Source: Oopsacas minuta (taxonomy: Eukaryota > Animalia > Porifera). Taken from it: 64,000 bases of DNA. The DNA is taken from assembly GCA_024704765.1 (NCBI GenBank), contig JAKMXF010000301.1, forward strand, positions 217,807-281,806, given 5' to 3'. Shown piece after piece: positions 26,610-40,167 of the stretch. Each line of letters starts with the position of its first letter. Position 1 is the stretch's first letter. A program made the position numbers and the translations under genes. Under the pieces are notes generated by a model. It had not been told where the DNA came from. It searched no databases and saw only the letters and a program-made list of their open reading frames with translations.

Positions 26610-27000
26610 ACACTCTCAGTCCTGCCAGAAAAATTGAATTCACCATGCTCCGCGAGTTATCAATAGTTTTATTGAAATATATTTTGCATAAACCTCCATA
26701 TCATCAAAGCATGCATAAACTTGACCATCGTTAAATATGGCCTTTCTACTATTAAAAACCATTGAATACTTGAAGTCCAAAAATTTGATAGGCAATAAAT
26801 ATATTCACGATATTACAAAATTGGAACAATTTGGCCCTAATTAATGTATTATTGTTGATCAATGATTATCACAAACAATGTCATCCGACGAGTTCCTGGT
26901 CGAAATGACGTCATTTGATTGGTTAAAGGGGAAATATTATGTGAAAAATGCGTCATTATTCAAGTGCTGTCAAATGATCAATACTCCTTCGTCGACACTA
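26610..27000. repeat. Old repeat copy, inverted relative to 30220-30540
   Basis: AAACAATGTCATCCGACGAGTTCCTGGTCGAAATGACGTCAT and TACTTGAAGTCCA match the reverse complement of 30220-30470. Confidence 0.7.
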
Positions 27001-27210
27001 GAATTAACGCCAAATGATCCTTAGTATGCTTTCATACAAAATATCAAACGATTTCGAAAGAAAAACAAAGCTCTGATGTCCTAGATTTATAGTAGTGCCA
27101 TGGATGGTATATTTCCGCCAATTTTCACCTAAAACTAGACAACCTTGATTTTATGGCCAATAATCTTGTACGTTTATCATATATACAGGACTTCCCATAC
27201 CCTGATAATA

Positions 27211-29597
27211 CTCTAAACGAACATAAATACAAGGGTTGTTCAATAAATAATGAGACTTTTTCAGATTCATATAGTAAACCTATACTTATCATAATTGATT
27301 ATCGAGTGTTTCGATAATTTCCCCTATAACTTTATACATTGTTTCCATCGTTTTAGTAACTTTTCCAGCCCAGTATAGAATTCTTTAGGGATCCCTTTTT
27401 CCCACTGTTGTATTTCATACTCCAGCCGATTGAAATCCTCAAATCTCTTCCCTCGAACAGGTCTCTTCATCTCTCCAAACAGCAAATCGTCGCTGGGAGC
27501 AAGACCTGGACTATACGGGGAATGAGGGAGGCATTCGAATCCTAAGTCATCAATTGCAGCCATTATCTTGGAACTTACATGGGGTTTTGCGTTGTCATGT
27601 TGCAGCAATACGCCACTTGTCAACTTGCCTCGCCTCTCACGTTTAATCACTTGACGCAATTCTTTCAATTTGTCAACGTAATAATCGCTGTTTATGGTTG
27701 TCTTCTCAGACAACCAGTCGAGGTGTATAATTCCTTCCTTATCCCAAAATACTGTTGCCATTCTCTTCCCTGCTGATTATGCGGCCTTTACCTTGATGGG
27801 TACAGGTTCATCAAATCTCTTCTACTGCTTCGATTGAGTTTGCTCTCTGGTTCATAATAATAAAACCAAGTTTCATCCCCTGCTACTATACGATCCAAAA
27901 AGTCTTCCTCTGCCTTGTATCTTGAAAGTAATTCTTGCTAACTCTGACCCTTTTGCGTGTTTGTTCTTGTGAAAGAAGTTTTGGGACCCAACGCGCAGTT
28001 ACCTTCGACATTTCCAGATCTTCAGTGATAATCGAGTGTAGTGTGGCTTTTGATATACCTACCCTACCCTCTCTTCTAACTCTCGCAGGGATATTCGTCT
28101 GTCCTCGTCCAAAATTGTCTGGATCCTCACGATATTACTGCAGATTATTGAGGAAGTCGGACAACCTGGACGAGGGACATCGTGGAGTTCCTCATCACCA
28201 TTATCAAAACGTCTGATCCATCTATATATGGTGGCTTTCGTAGGACATTCATCAACGAAAATATCCTGCATTTCACGAAGAATGTATGAGCCAGTCTCCC
28301 CTTTTTCCATAGGTACCAAATATTTGTCGTTTTCCTTCTTTGCTAAAATCCATTAGTTGAAAAAGTAGCCTATACAAATGAAACTTTATACTGAAGAATA
28401 TCCTAGTAGAGTAAAGAGTATATTGTATTCAAGTTAGACAATCAAGTTAGGCTTGTAATCTGAGATTAGGCTAAGAGCTGTATTAACTAGAAAATGATTT
28501 CGATATATTAGTCTCATTACTTATTGAACAACCCTTGTATTTTAACACAAAAATTGTACAATTACATATCCTGGCTGTAAGGCAAATATTTGAAAATACA
28601 TACTATAATATACCTGATAGAAATATGCGTCTGTTTGGTAACATTATTCTGACCAAATCCATGAAAATGAATAAAATAAGATATTTCATATCCGCACTTA
28701 GCTCATTAAATAGATAATAAGACAATTACATATTCAATAAATAATTCCACAAAACTCAATGAGATGGAATAATTCTGAGAGCATATTTACATTCTACAGA
28801 TCTGTGTTACACTAATATGAACATTTCGAAAGTTTACAGCAAATCATGTTACATAGACTCTCGTTCATACATACACCAGGGGACTGTCAAAATTCGTACT
28901 CCTTTTTCCAGAGTACGTATTTCAAAAACTACTCTACATTGAAAAGACATTGAAGAAGACAAATATTGTGTACAAATTTGTACTCCTTATCCGGAGTTAC
29001 GCTTAACCGTGCCCGAAATAACGAGACCCTACTGTACTTATAAGTATATTCATATTTGTGCCACAAGCGGCACAACGGGCTCATATCAAACATAGTTACG
29101 CACTTCATATGTAAATAGGTATGGTACAATATTAAATCTATTTACAACTATACAATTATTTGCAAGTAGAATAAGAGAATATCAATACTATATACCATTT
29201 TGGAGCCAATATTCTAGTGATTTGCGACTTCTGCCACTTATGGCACAATTATTCGAACAGTAATAAGTCAACGAGGTATGCTCTACACAATTTGAATATA
29301 AACAATGGAGTAACACAGAACAGTAGAATTCAGATATGCTATCAAAATTGTTTCATGCCATTTAAGTTTGTGCAATTAGGAATTGAATATAATAGCTCAT
29401 TATCCAATTAATGAGTAAAGTGTGGCTAAAGAAATGTAATAATATCAAGTTTCATGAATTAAGACAAGATAATGTTAACTAACACACTCATATAATTCTT
29501 TAGCGTATATTATCAGATGGATATCCAAAATACGGCGTATAGCCAAGATATGTAATTGTACATTTAGTTGTATAGAAATATTTATGCTCGGTTAGTG
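27211..29597. mobile_element. Long palindromic element copy B (left arm split by a mariner)
   Basis: Ends ta|CTCTAAACGAACATAAA ... TTTATGCTCGGTTAGTG. 28540-28860 aligns inverted with 29270-29580. Central GTGCCAC/GGCAC motifs. Confidence 0.8.
27230..28537 (-). mobile_element. mariner (DD34D), full length, frameshifted
   Basis: TIRs CAAGGGTTGTTCAATAA..AATGAGACT and TA TSD. GDETWFYYYEP-like region and HDNAKPH...YSPGLAPSD (34 spacing). Confidence 0.92.
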
Positions 29598-30219
29598 TCT
29601 CAGAATGCGTTATAGGTGAACTATTTTAATGGATGATACGTTAAGCTACCCTCGAAGTATAAGCTTTCGACACTGTTAGGCTTGTACAAGTCACATGACT
29701 ATCAAGTTAAAAAATTTGGCTAACTGTGAGGGCTGAGAATTATCATTAACAGTTCGAGAACTACTGTCCTGATGCAAATTATCCATTGTAGAATTCAGCC
29801 TAATAGAAATTACGTCACCAAAATTTGAGATTTAAAGTATAGTAGGAATTATAAGATCCGTATTATACGTACTACGTCTTCATTGAAAGACGTATTAAAT
29901 AACTTAGGTTAGTGCACATTTTAATATGATATGTCTGAAAATTATGATGTCTTGTAAATGACCATATATGGTAACATTGATGTTCGTGCAATATTCCTTG
30001 GGCATATCATATCAAAATATATTAGCAGGTTATGAGAAATCGGGTATATTTGAGAAGTTTGCAAGATGACTGGCTTTAAAGGCTGTCAGGCTATTGGTGA
30101 ATATTAGCAGAAATGTGTCATCCATGGTCACTACTATAACTCTGAAACGGGCCTAATATATCATGACATTTTGAATGAAAACATCCTTGAACCAATTAGC
30201 ATATTTTTAGGTTAGATGA

Positions 30220-30540
30220 AGCGATGTTGATTACTTGATAGAGCTTGAAAAATGAAACATTTTCACAAAATATTCCCGTTGTACCAAATAAGATGACGTC
30301 ATTTCAACCTAGAACTCGTCGGATAACATTGTTTGTGCTAATTATTAACTAACAATCAAACATATTCATGCCAAAATGCACCAATTTTGCAATTTCGTGA
30401 GTATCATCCCTGCAAATCAAATTTACTGGACTTCAAGTAATCGATGGACTATAAATTATGGCCAGTGGTATAGTCATAAATAACGAAGTTCACGGCATAG
30501 AAAATTTCAGAATCGAATTCTGACTTTTAGGTGGGAAATA
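30220..30540. repeat. Inverted partner of 26610-27000
   Basis: Reverse complement aligns with 26770-26990 with many substitutions. Confidence 0.7.
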
Positions 30541-30749
30541 TAAGGGAATTGTGACCCATAAAATTATAACCAAAAAAGAACTAAAAGTAAATTTTCAAAT
30601 CAAAACATATTGCGTTTAAAGTGAAATTCTCCACTTTGCATAATTACTAACTTCGTGTAAATCTGATGAGTATAAGAGAGTCAAATTAGTGACTGAAGTG
30701 ACCCTAGTCGAATAGCCTGCTAACTTCCTATTGGTACAGCATTCGATTA

Positions 30750-31488
30750 CTAAAGTCAGTTTTCAACACATTGAATTCTTCCCACGAAAACACAGGAAAG
30801 TTATCTGGGTTTTTCAACAAGAGGGTATATCGTGGAGAGAAAACTTAGACAAGATTAGCGTTGGATATGGTACGAATCAGAGACTAAATCTAAAGTAGTC
30901 AATGGAAAGAAAGGATTGAGCAGTACCTGTTAAGGCAAAGTTTCCTCCGTCTGCGGCAAGAGGATGGCCCTAGGTTTCAGAGATAGAAAGGGCATACACT
31001 AAATCGATTGGTTCCCTGAGAAGATAACCATTAACAGCAACTAAAATGTAAGCGAACTGGAGGAATTGCGAGAATTAACTAAGCAAGAGAGAAAGGCAAA
31101 TCTTCTGCAAGATGATAATGCCAGGCTTCATGTCAGCGGCAAGACAAAGGATGCCACCCCGCGTGTGAGGTTTGAATGTCATCCTCAAACAACATATAGT
31201 CCTGACCTGGCTCCGAGCGACTCTTGGTTATTCAGAGAGATGAAAAACGTATATGTGGCAAAGGATTTAGCGTTTATTGAGCTTAAGCGGGCAGTAAATC
31301 ATTCTGTAAAATAACTCGTCAAGAATTATATGCTATAGGCATAGATAAGCTGATAGAGAGATGAGAATGATGTAAAAGTCTGAGGAGGATAATATGTATG
31401 ATTTGACATTGATTTTGTATGTATAATATATATGAACATATTCCTTGTATTACATTTCAGTAAAGAAATTTAGGGACAACACTTGTAT
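30750..31488 (+). mobile_element. mariner relic
   Basis: LLQDDNARLH...YSPDLAPSDSWLF motif and right TIR-like GGGACAACACTTGTA. Confidence 0.7.
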
Positions 31489-31899
31489 ATGTGTCAATTC
31501 ATAATACTTTTGTTATTGAACATTACATCCTCATTTATTTCAATTATCACCTATAAAGTTCTGCTTGAAGTTTCACCTCCTTGCCCTGATCGGATGCAAT
31601 CATTTCCTTTACCCAAACTCCAACCATGATTCTTGGCTCACGAATACGACTAGAGCGAACCTACTTTAGTCAAAGAGACTGAAGGTTTAGGTGAATTCTT
31701 CCTCGACAAGTTTCCGAATCTAGCTACACTAAAGCGAAGATGTTCCCTGCTAAAAAAGAGAAATGGTGCATCAATAGAATTTCATTCCTTTGAACCTTGG
31801 TAGAAGAGGCCCCGTTATTTCAACAGTTGTTACTAATCACTTAACTCACTTAATATTTACGTTCGCAGTCATAGATTCATGAATAATCATGTATATAAG

Positions 31900-32750
31900 T
31901 ATATTTATTGATGAGATATCTAATAAATTAATTATTCGCTCCTTATGCTTCAGTGAGAACTATAATACATCGTTTCCATCATCAGAGTAGCTTTTCTAGC
32001 CCAGTGGTAAAGAATTGTCTAGGGCACATAATCCCATGTTTTATTTCCCTTTCCAGCCGTTTGGAGTTATCAAATCTATACCAGATTATCGTTGCCATAC
32101 TATTTCCAGCTGATGGTGCGGCCTTCACCTTCCTGGTCACATATTCATTGCGCCTCATTGTTTCGATTGACATTTACTCTCTGATTTACAAAAATGAAAA
32201 GACTTAACACCTGTCACTATACGATCCAAAAAGTTACTATCTGACTTGAACATTGACAAGAATTTGTTCCTAACTTTATTGCCATCACCTTTTGTTCATT
32301 TGAATATATTCCTAATATAACTTTAAACCCCCTATTGCTTATTCGTCTATCCTCAACCCTTATCATTTGATCTAAGTCACTCTAATGGCGGTTCTTTAGA
32401 GAGATCGGACGATCTAGAGTTACATCATCATGGAGGTTCTCATCGCCATTTTCAAATCGTTAGATCCACTTCTTTTGTATAGTGAATTTGGAAGGACATT
32501 AAGCACCAAACCAGGTTGCATTTCATTAAGAATATGTGAACAAGTATTCCCTTTATCCACGGGAACCAAAAAATTCTTTTAGTTCCTTGCTAAAATCCAT
32601 TGCCTGAAAAGTACCCAACACAATAGAAGAAGGAATTTGAAAAATAGAGTAGAGAGAAGTTGCGATTATTGTGAACACGTTAATTGAACATTTATCATAA
32701 ATATGTGCTTCACTATGTGTCTTTTATCCAAAATAGGTGATAAATCAAAA
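31900..32750 (-). mobile_element. mariner relic
   Basis: KVKAAPSAGNSMATIIW fragment and similarity to 27230-28537; heavily deleted. Confidence 0.65.
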
Positions 32751-32836
32751 TAGAGGGTTGAAAACGATTCAACTTACTTTTCATGAGCCTCATGGGGCGA
32801 TTATTCGATGTAACTCGGTATATATGCTGCTATGTA

Positions 32837-34850
32837 CACTGACCTAACGACAATAGTTACACATCATAAAATATTCAATTCGAACACCTAACAAACGGTG
32901 AATATTTGAATATTCACTTGAGAAGATAATTGAAAGAAATATTTAACTTTTCAGCCAACATTATTCTGACTAAATCGATAAATATTTTCCTAATAAGATA
33001 TTACCTAAAAAAACTTTGCTCATCAAATAGATTGTAGGCTAATTGAATATTCAATTCTGATAAAATGTAAAATTTCTATTGGCTGTATCACCAAGCATGG
33101 GTATTACGAAGTGTTTAGAGCAAATCTTGTTGACTTATTAGCATTATACGTATATTTGTTGTACGTTTGGTGGAAGTGGCACAGACTAGAATATTGGCAA
33201 CAGAGATTAATACAATGTGAAAATCAATTGAGAATCTCTACAGGGTGACAATTAAGTTCTGTTACAGCTGAAGCTTTTCTAGCCCAGTCTATATCCATTC
33301 TAACCCTCGCTTTTTATATATGATGTACCTTAAATATCGATAATATTTTACACAAAGTATCATTCAATATACCCTCCTCTACTCTTTACTACAACCCCAA
33401 GTCTTTCTCGGGGTGGAGCACCGATTTTCGCAAGTTTTTCTGTGCAAAATTTTGCATTCTCTAACGAGGTCTCTCTTTAGTGATTCTAAACTTTTATGAA
33501 GTTTAGAACACACGATATTCTCCAAATTGGCCCAAACAGAATAATCTAGTGGATTGAGATCTTGGCTGCCTCAAAAATCAGAATGCTAACGGTATGTTCA
33601 TTCATCGTACTATACAACAATACACTGAAACTGGAGATATGGAGGACAGAGCCAGATCTGGTAGACCAGTCACAGTACGAACGAGACATCTAAGGGAGAT
33701 AGTTCGTACACGGATCACGTTGAATCCAAGGCGTTCCATGCGTAAGTTGGCCCGAGAGTACCAAGTTAGCAGGGAAACAGTGAGGAAAGTGGCACATAAA
33801 TACCTTGGACTAAAGTCTCTTAAACGGCGAAAGCTACATCACCTGAACCCAGCCCTTGTAAGAAGAGGCTTGACAGATGCAAGGGGCTGCTACAGCGCCT
33901 GTACCTGAGGACTGTGAAAGAGTACTATTCTCCGACGAGAAAGTATTCACTGTACAAGAGTCTGTTAACCGCCAAAACGATCGGATTCTCGCGTCCTCTT
34001 TCAAGGCGATCCCAGAAAGCACAAAGAATATTGATCCGATTCCAAAACCACTTTCTGTTATGGTTTGGGCTGGTGTATCAGCATACTCACGGACCCACCT
34101 TTGTTTATCCCTCAATGAGCGAAAATTAACTCTATAAGTCATCAAGAGTTGATTCTACAGGATGAAGTTAGGTCTGTTGGCTCAAATATTTTCAATAACG
34201 GACCGTGGATATTCCTGCAGGATTCTGCATATGCACATGCTTCAACATCCACCCAATTCTGGCTACTTGGGGAAAATATTGAATTTATATCAAAGAAAAA
34301 ATAACTCTTCCAAATTTCAATAGGACTCTTTCCGTTCCAAACAAGAGAAAAGATTTAGACCTCCTTTACTCTATGTGGTGAAATTTATAGTATACGCTTT
34401 CAAGTATCGTATTCTAACAAGCAATAAGTTTAGAAGTCATACTCACACAAGCGAAATTAATTACTATGGTAGTCCAATAATTACGATTACTGACTGCTAT
34501 GAAAGTTTGTAACAGAACTTAATTATCACCCTGTAAATTGAATATTGAATACTCGGAGATATAATTTTTGACTAATTTATGATTCCCCTTCCTTGTGGCA
34601 CATGTGGCACTTCTGCAACTTGTGACACAAGTATGATAATACTGTTAAGTCAGAAATATTCGGTATAAACAACTTGAAATATTCATACTGGTGTGATCAA
34701 GACTAGTAGACTTCAAATATGTTATCACAACATTTACACCTCATCTGTATTTTGAATGATTATTGAATTAGCTCACTATCTATTTTATGAGCAAAGTGTG
34801 GCCAATAACCAGAATATTTGTGCTTACAAGGACTTGATACAATACAGTAA
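32837..34850. mobile_element. Long palindromic element copy C (maT inserted in its centre; right arm truncated at the SF3B1 donor)
   Basis: Left end ta|CACTGACCTAAC. Reverse arm 32840-33180; forward arm 34600-34850 carries CTATTTTATGAGCAAAGTGTGGCC. Confidence 0.75.
33241..34533 (+). mobile_element. maT/DD37D-like element, defective
   Basis: TIRs CAGGGTGACAATTAAGTTCTGTTACA and TA TSD. VLFSDEKVF...NRQNDRI...LSVMVWAGVS fragments in shifted frames. Confidence 0.9.
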
Positions 34851-34858
34851 ATTTGTAC

Positions 34859-35566
34859 CTTTAAGACAATCTTCTTAGTTTCTTCATCTGGACTGGTAAA
34901 TTCGCGCACCAAAATTAACATTACCTCACGAGTATAATATTTACTAGATTCATTGTCCATTAATGGGATTAAAAAGCCAATGGCTTTGAGAAAGGCTGCT
35001 AATCCTTTCCCACGATGAGTCCGTATGCCTTTCCATAGTGGAACTAGTACACTATCAAATGATTCAATACCATATGGTGTTGCAGATTCAGCAAGCGCAG
35101 CTAGAGCTAGTGCGGTTATTGTTCGAACCTTTTGTTGTTCATCAACAAGCCCTCTTTCAATAATTTCAACCAAACTTTTCAGATAAGGTAATATAGCACA
35201 TCCCATTAAAATAGCTATTTGTTGCACAATCTTTATCCCTGTATGTCGAGCCTGCCAAGATTTTTTACTTCTACATACAGCCTTTAGAAAAGGAAGAAGC
35301 GATGGTATGCCGAGAGCTGAAGCAACTACTGCGAAGGCTCTGGCAGTCGTGTTCCTGACATATTCATCAATATTATCAATATCTGGCCTCATAGTACTAA
35401 TCATAGTTGCCAATCCAGCTGCTTTGGCCAAATTTGAAATAATTTCTCTACCTTCAACCCTTGCAAAATAATCTTCATCTATTAACAGAGGTTCAATGAC
35501 AACAAGAATTTTGTGAACAAACGGCCTAACCAGATCGTCCAGTTTGTAGAGAATCCTATCGATTAC
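34859..35566 (-). CDS. SF3B1: SF3B1 exon, HEAT repeats (236 codons, VIDRILYK...KKIVLK)
   Basis: Contains [29 protein letters not shown] and HRGKGLAAF motifs. Acceptor ttatttctAG at 35567; donor AAG|GTACAA at 34858. Joins in frame to the flanking exons. Confidence 0.98.
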
Positions 35567-36029
35567 CTAGAAATAAGGAAATAACAAAAAAATATATTTC
35601 AAAATACAGGGAATTTCAATGAAGTAAGATGATGATTTCAACCTTATCTATATGGAATTTGGAGAAATAGGAACCACCACCTACTAACTACAACACCTGA
35701 TCACTGGGCAAGTTTGAACTGGACTAAGAATAAATGGATGTGGGGATAATTGATGAGCAATAATATAAACACTAAAAATATTAAATATTGCATTTCACTC
35801 GAAAAAGCATCATAAATACATGACAATTGACAGAAATCACATTTTGTGATGGTTAACAGATCGAATCTACTACCGCAATTGAGAAATATAGTAGAAAACG
35901 CATTCTCATTGAAGCTATAAAAGGATATTGTAATTAAACAATTCGAATGTGTCATTTTATGACGTAAAAGGTGCAAAATTCGATTTGGGTGAGTGAAGTG
36001 GTTAAAACGAAGTGGTAGATTAACGTATC

Positions 36030-37095
36030 TATGTTGTTACGAAGGAAACACCTCGGTTATCGTAGAGTAAGTTTGAATATTGATGAAGCATGAAGCAGGT
36101 ATTTTGGGGCCTTTGTTGCGAGGCGAAATCATAGTAAAAGAGGGCTCCGGCCAGGAAGTTCTCAATCTCAATCAGAGAGAGCTTCGCCATCTCAGAATGA
36201 TGGAAATTGCTCCCCAAAAGTAAAATAACAAAGGGAAGACAAGTCGTATGTTCTAGAAATTTTGCGAAGAAATGAAAACAAAGTATAAAACGCAATTACT
36301 TCATTCTGAGGTGCGATGGTTGTAGAAAGGAAAGGTGCCCAACAGAGTATCCCAATTGAGAGAAGAAATTCAAGCCTTTGTTAATGTACAAGGTGATGAG
36401 AAAGTCTCCCTATTTTCGGGTCCTAATTGAATAGCAAAATTGCCTTACCTCGAATATAGCATATGTATTTAATCTGCTAAATTCTTTGAACCCGAGCCTG
36501 CAAGGCCTTAATGCAGATATATTAACCTAACACAGCAAAGTCAAGGCTTTCAAGAAAAACTGAAGTTATGGAAAGGAAAGGTTGAGATTGGAGACTTATC
36601 AAGCTTTCCTCAACTACAATTGTTCTTCTGGATGCGTATAATTACGACTTTCAAGAGATAAAACAACTAATATCCTCTCATTTGAACATTCTTGAAGGAA
36701 ATTTAACAAATATTTTTTATGTTTACATTTGGAAAAAAGTGAAATTAAATACTTCCTCAAGAGGCACTCAAAATTCTCATCCAGTTTCCTAACAGATATC
36801 TTTGTGAGAAAGGATTTTCTTGTCTCACATAGATAAGGACGAAAATGTGAAATAGCCTAGACCAAAAACATGGATACTGCAATGCGATGTGCTATTGGCA
36901 AACATGTTCCAGGTTTTGAACTGATGATCGGAAAGAAACAGTAGCAAATAAGCCACTGAGAAATTAGTATTTTATACTCCTTTAGCAATTGTTATATTAT
37001 GTGACCATTTTATAATGGTGAATAGGTAAAGGGCTCATAGATAGGATAAATATTTCGCAAAGATTCCGTGCATCTAAAACGGTTGAGAAAAAGTG
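36030..37095 (+). mobile_element. hAT Charlie-type (ZBED5/SCAND3-like) transposase relic
   Basis: LLHSEVRWL*KGKV...LREEI and FPNRYLCEKGFS motifs; degenerate right end GGTTGAGAAAAAGTGG. Confidence 0.75.
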
Positions 37096-38599
37096 GTTTC
37101 TATGAATATAAAGTGACCAAATAGTTAGAACCTCGATAAAAATTCGAAACTTGCCTTTAAAATTAAGTACGCTGATTCCGAATTTCGCATATTAAAGTTT
37201 CGAATATGCAAAAGATATGTATTGTTATTATGAATATATAGTAAACAAATACCGTAGTGAACCTCGAAATTGCTTAGAGACTGGCACTTTCGGTTACAAT
37301 GGGATGACAAAGTATGCTAGTTAGCGCCACATTTAGGAAACAAAATCAAACTGGGTGGGGTCAACCATGAGAAATTGCTGCTACCTCTTTGTAAATTTCA
37401 CAAAAAGGCTTTCTATACAACTAAATCTGGATGTCCTGAACACTTAGGAAACCAAACCTGGAGCCTATGAGTATGCTGAATTCGAATTTGGGATTTTCAA
37501 TTTTCTTATTAGTAAATATATTGTTGTTTTTGCTGATATAGCGGAAAAACAAATAGTTGAAATTTCGAAATATATTTAGAGACTTGATTGTCACAGACAA
37601 ATAGGGGCAATCAAGTTCGCTGAATACGTATTTCGCATTTTCCAGCTTTCTCATATGTAAATATATTCATGAAATGTGGTCACGTTTCAGAGTTATTCAT
37701 AGGCCATGGATAATGGCACAGGTTTCATCATTTGACTGTGCTTGTTTGACCTCAATCTCTACGATGTACCACGCAATAACCGTAGAGAATAAGGTCAAAC
37801 AAGGATAACCAATATAGGATATGCACTATATGGTACATCCTTTGCCCCTTTTGTTGTATAATACATACCGCGTTCTCTTTTTGTGTCTGTAAAAGGGAAT
37901 TCATTTATCATGTAAAATATTTATAAGATGCATGTAGATTTAGGGATATCACTATTAATATTCGTAAAAATGCTGGTTTCCATCCAAATTTGATGAACAA
38001 TCTAGTAATCTCTAGATCAGAAAACTTAGATTTGAGTAGTTTGCAAGTTGTTTATGTGTCTGCAAATAATACTTAGGTTCATGACTAGTTGATACAGTAT
38101 CTTTTGAACATATTTCAACATATCTTCTAAACATACATGATTAGCAAATAAAAATAATATTTAACGACATAAATCACGACCCAAATAACTAAAATACAAG
38201 ATTCAGATCTCAATCCAGTAATAACTATAACTACACTATTTGCACAATTAGGATGAAAAACGGATAAAGTACTGAAAACGAGAACCTTACAAAGATGAAT
38301 AGGCAAACACAAAATATACTAGGATCCAATTGAATTATATTAGACAAACAATATAGCATTGAGAACACATAATGGAAAATGCGATATGTATATTCAAACT
38401 AGAGGAGAGAATAATTCGGGATGCGCACAGTTTTTCACTAACATGGATAAGCCTATATGGTATGTCAACAGTTCTTGCTCCATCAACTTTTCTGATCACA
38501 ATTTTGTGATATATGAGAAATCCCTTTCACTTGCAAATTCTCATTGAAAACCTGAGTCTGTATCAATCGTAGCAGAAAATGTTCCTAAGCTCGATCTCA

Positions 38600-39420
38600 A
38601 TTTACAGGGACTTCATTATGGTTAGAGCTTTCATGTGGGAAATCACTTGAAATTTACAAATTTCTATCTCAGATCAATTAAAAAGTATCTCCCAACCAGA
38701 CATGTCAGGCGACATACATACGATAATCCATGGATTACATTTCCGTCATCCCATTACTAAACATCAACGAGCATTCATGTCTGGAAACTCCATGGAATAT
38801 CGTATCTTAAGTAACAAAGTGATTAGGACTGCTAATACTATCTGCATGTCTTACTATTTTGAGCAATTAAGTCCTTGCATAGCTGCGACCCACATCGTCA
38901 GGGTAGCATATCAAAGCAATTACTGGTCTAGGGGAAACTTCATCCTACCTCACTCAATTACTAATGAGATGTGCTGTGGAGATCTCAGCGTCTTGGCGGG
39001 GATAATAACCACCTTATTAGAATCAGCGTATGGTGATCAGTAACTCTTGGGTGTATGTCTAGTTCCGCTAGATTGCCAAGTATCTCCAAAAGATACAATC
39101 GACACTGACACTCTTTTGAAACAGCTTACTAGGATTAAGGTACACAAAGCTACAAGTCCTGGTGATGTCACAATTGGCTTCTCCGTGACCATACTTTCAC
39201 TTTAGCGCACCCAATATGTGATATGCATCTATCCGGGCGGGTGTTATGCCATCTATTGGAAATGCGCCAATGTTATGCTCATACCAATAAGTAACTCTAC
39301 TCGAGTGATAAAAAGGGATTTGAGACTAATTTCACTGAGTGCCGTACTGTCAAAACAAGTAGAGGAATCATAGGTGGATGGAGCCTCGACATCATTGCTG
39401 GTAGGCTAGATCCGAATCAA
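38600..39420 (+). mobile_element. Non-LTR retrotransposon (CR1/L2-like) fragment
   Basis: Frameshifted LTRIKVHKATSPGDV...WKCANVMLIP...DLRLISLSAVLSK, typical of the region just before the RT domain. Confidence 0.7.
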
Positions 39421-40167
39421 TATGGAGACTCCGAAACCCCCTCTGTAGTACATCAAATCTGCCCTTCACAAAAACCAACTAACCAACCGGTTTAAAATTC
39501 TCCAAAACGTAATGAACTTCAAAAAATTCAATAATTCACTGACACCCCACTATAGATATCTATATTTTCTAGATACTGATGAATCCTGATGTAGATGACT
39601 TGAAGTTCCAGCCTAGGTGCCTCTATTAGAGGAATGGAAGATAGTGATGTACCTGAAATATTATGTTTGTATTGTTGCTGGCTTATTTACTACATTTTTT
39701 GTATGAATATATGTATTTGGGGAAAGGCTTCCCATCCTTGGTGCTATCTGGTAAAATTACAACCTGGTCAAGTTTAGAATAAAATTAAACTAACGTCTAC
39801 AAATTAAACTTTTTGTATATGTTTTTCTCTCGTTACCGACATTTCGTTATAGGACACTTCGCTATAAGGAATTAAAAATAAAGATTCCGCATGATGATTA
39901 CTTTATTGTATTCGAGGGTCAAATGAATTTTATTCTTGAATTTTACAACACTAATTATCGGAAACCATATTACGTTAATTAGGACTTCAATAGAAAAGGA
40001 ATTATGTTAGAAGCTGATAGAAGGGGGTTTAGGATACATGAATAACGTGAAATTGGGAACATTAGGCCTTTCAAATATGGAAAAAAGAGATTAATGTAAG
40101 ACGAGAGGACACACTCAAGGAATGATAATTATCAAGCGAATGAATAAGTTGCTTCACTATCCAGATA

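Larger units (their letters stand above)
8605..34858 (-). other. SF3B1 intron, 26,254 nt, GT-AG, phase 0
   Basis: Flanking exons join as IVLK|VVKQ. Confidence 0.93.

Noticed and set aside
34760-34858. ORF-track extension QIYCIVSS...ELIQ after IVLKV (and [10 protein letters not shown] at 62843-62878)
   Set aside because: Read-through into intron sequence past canonical GT donors; SF3B1 similarity stops at the donors.
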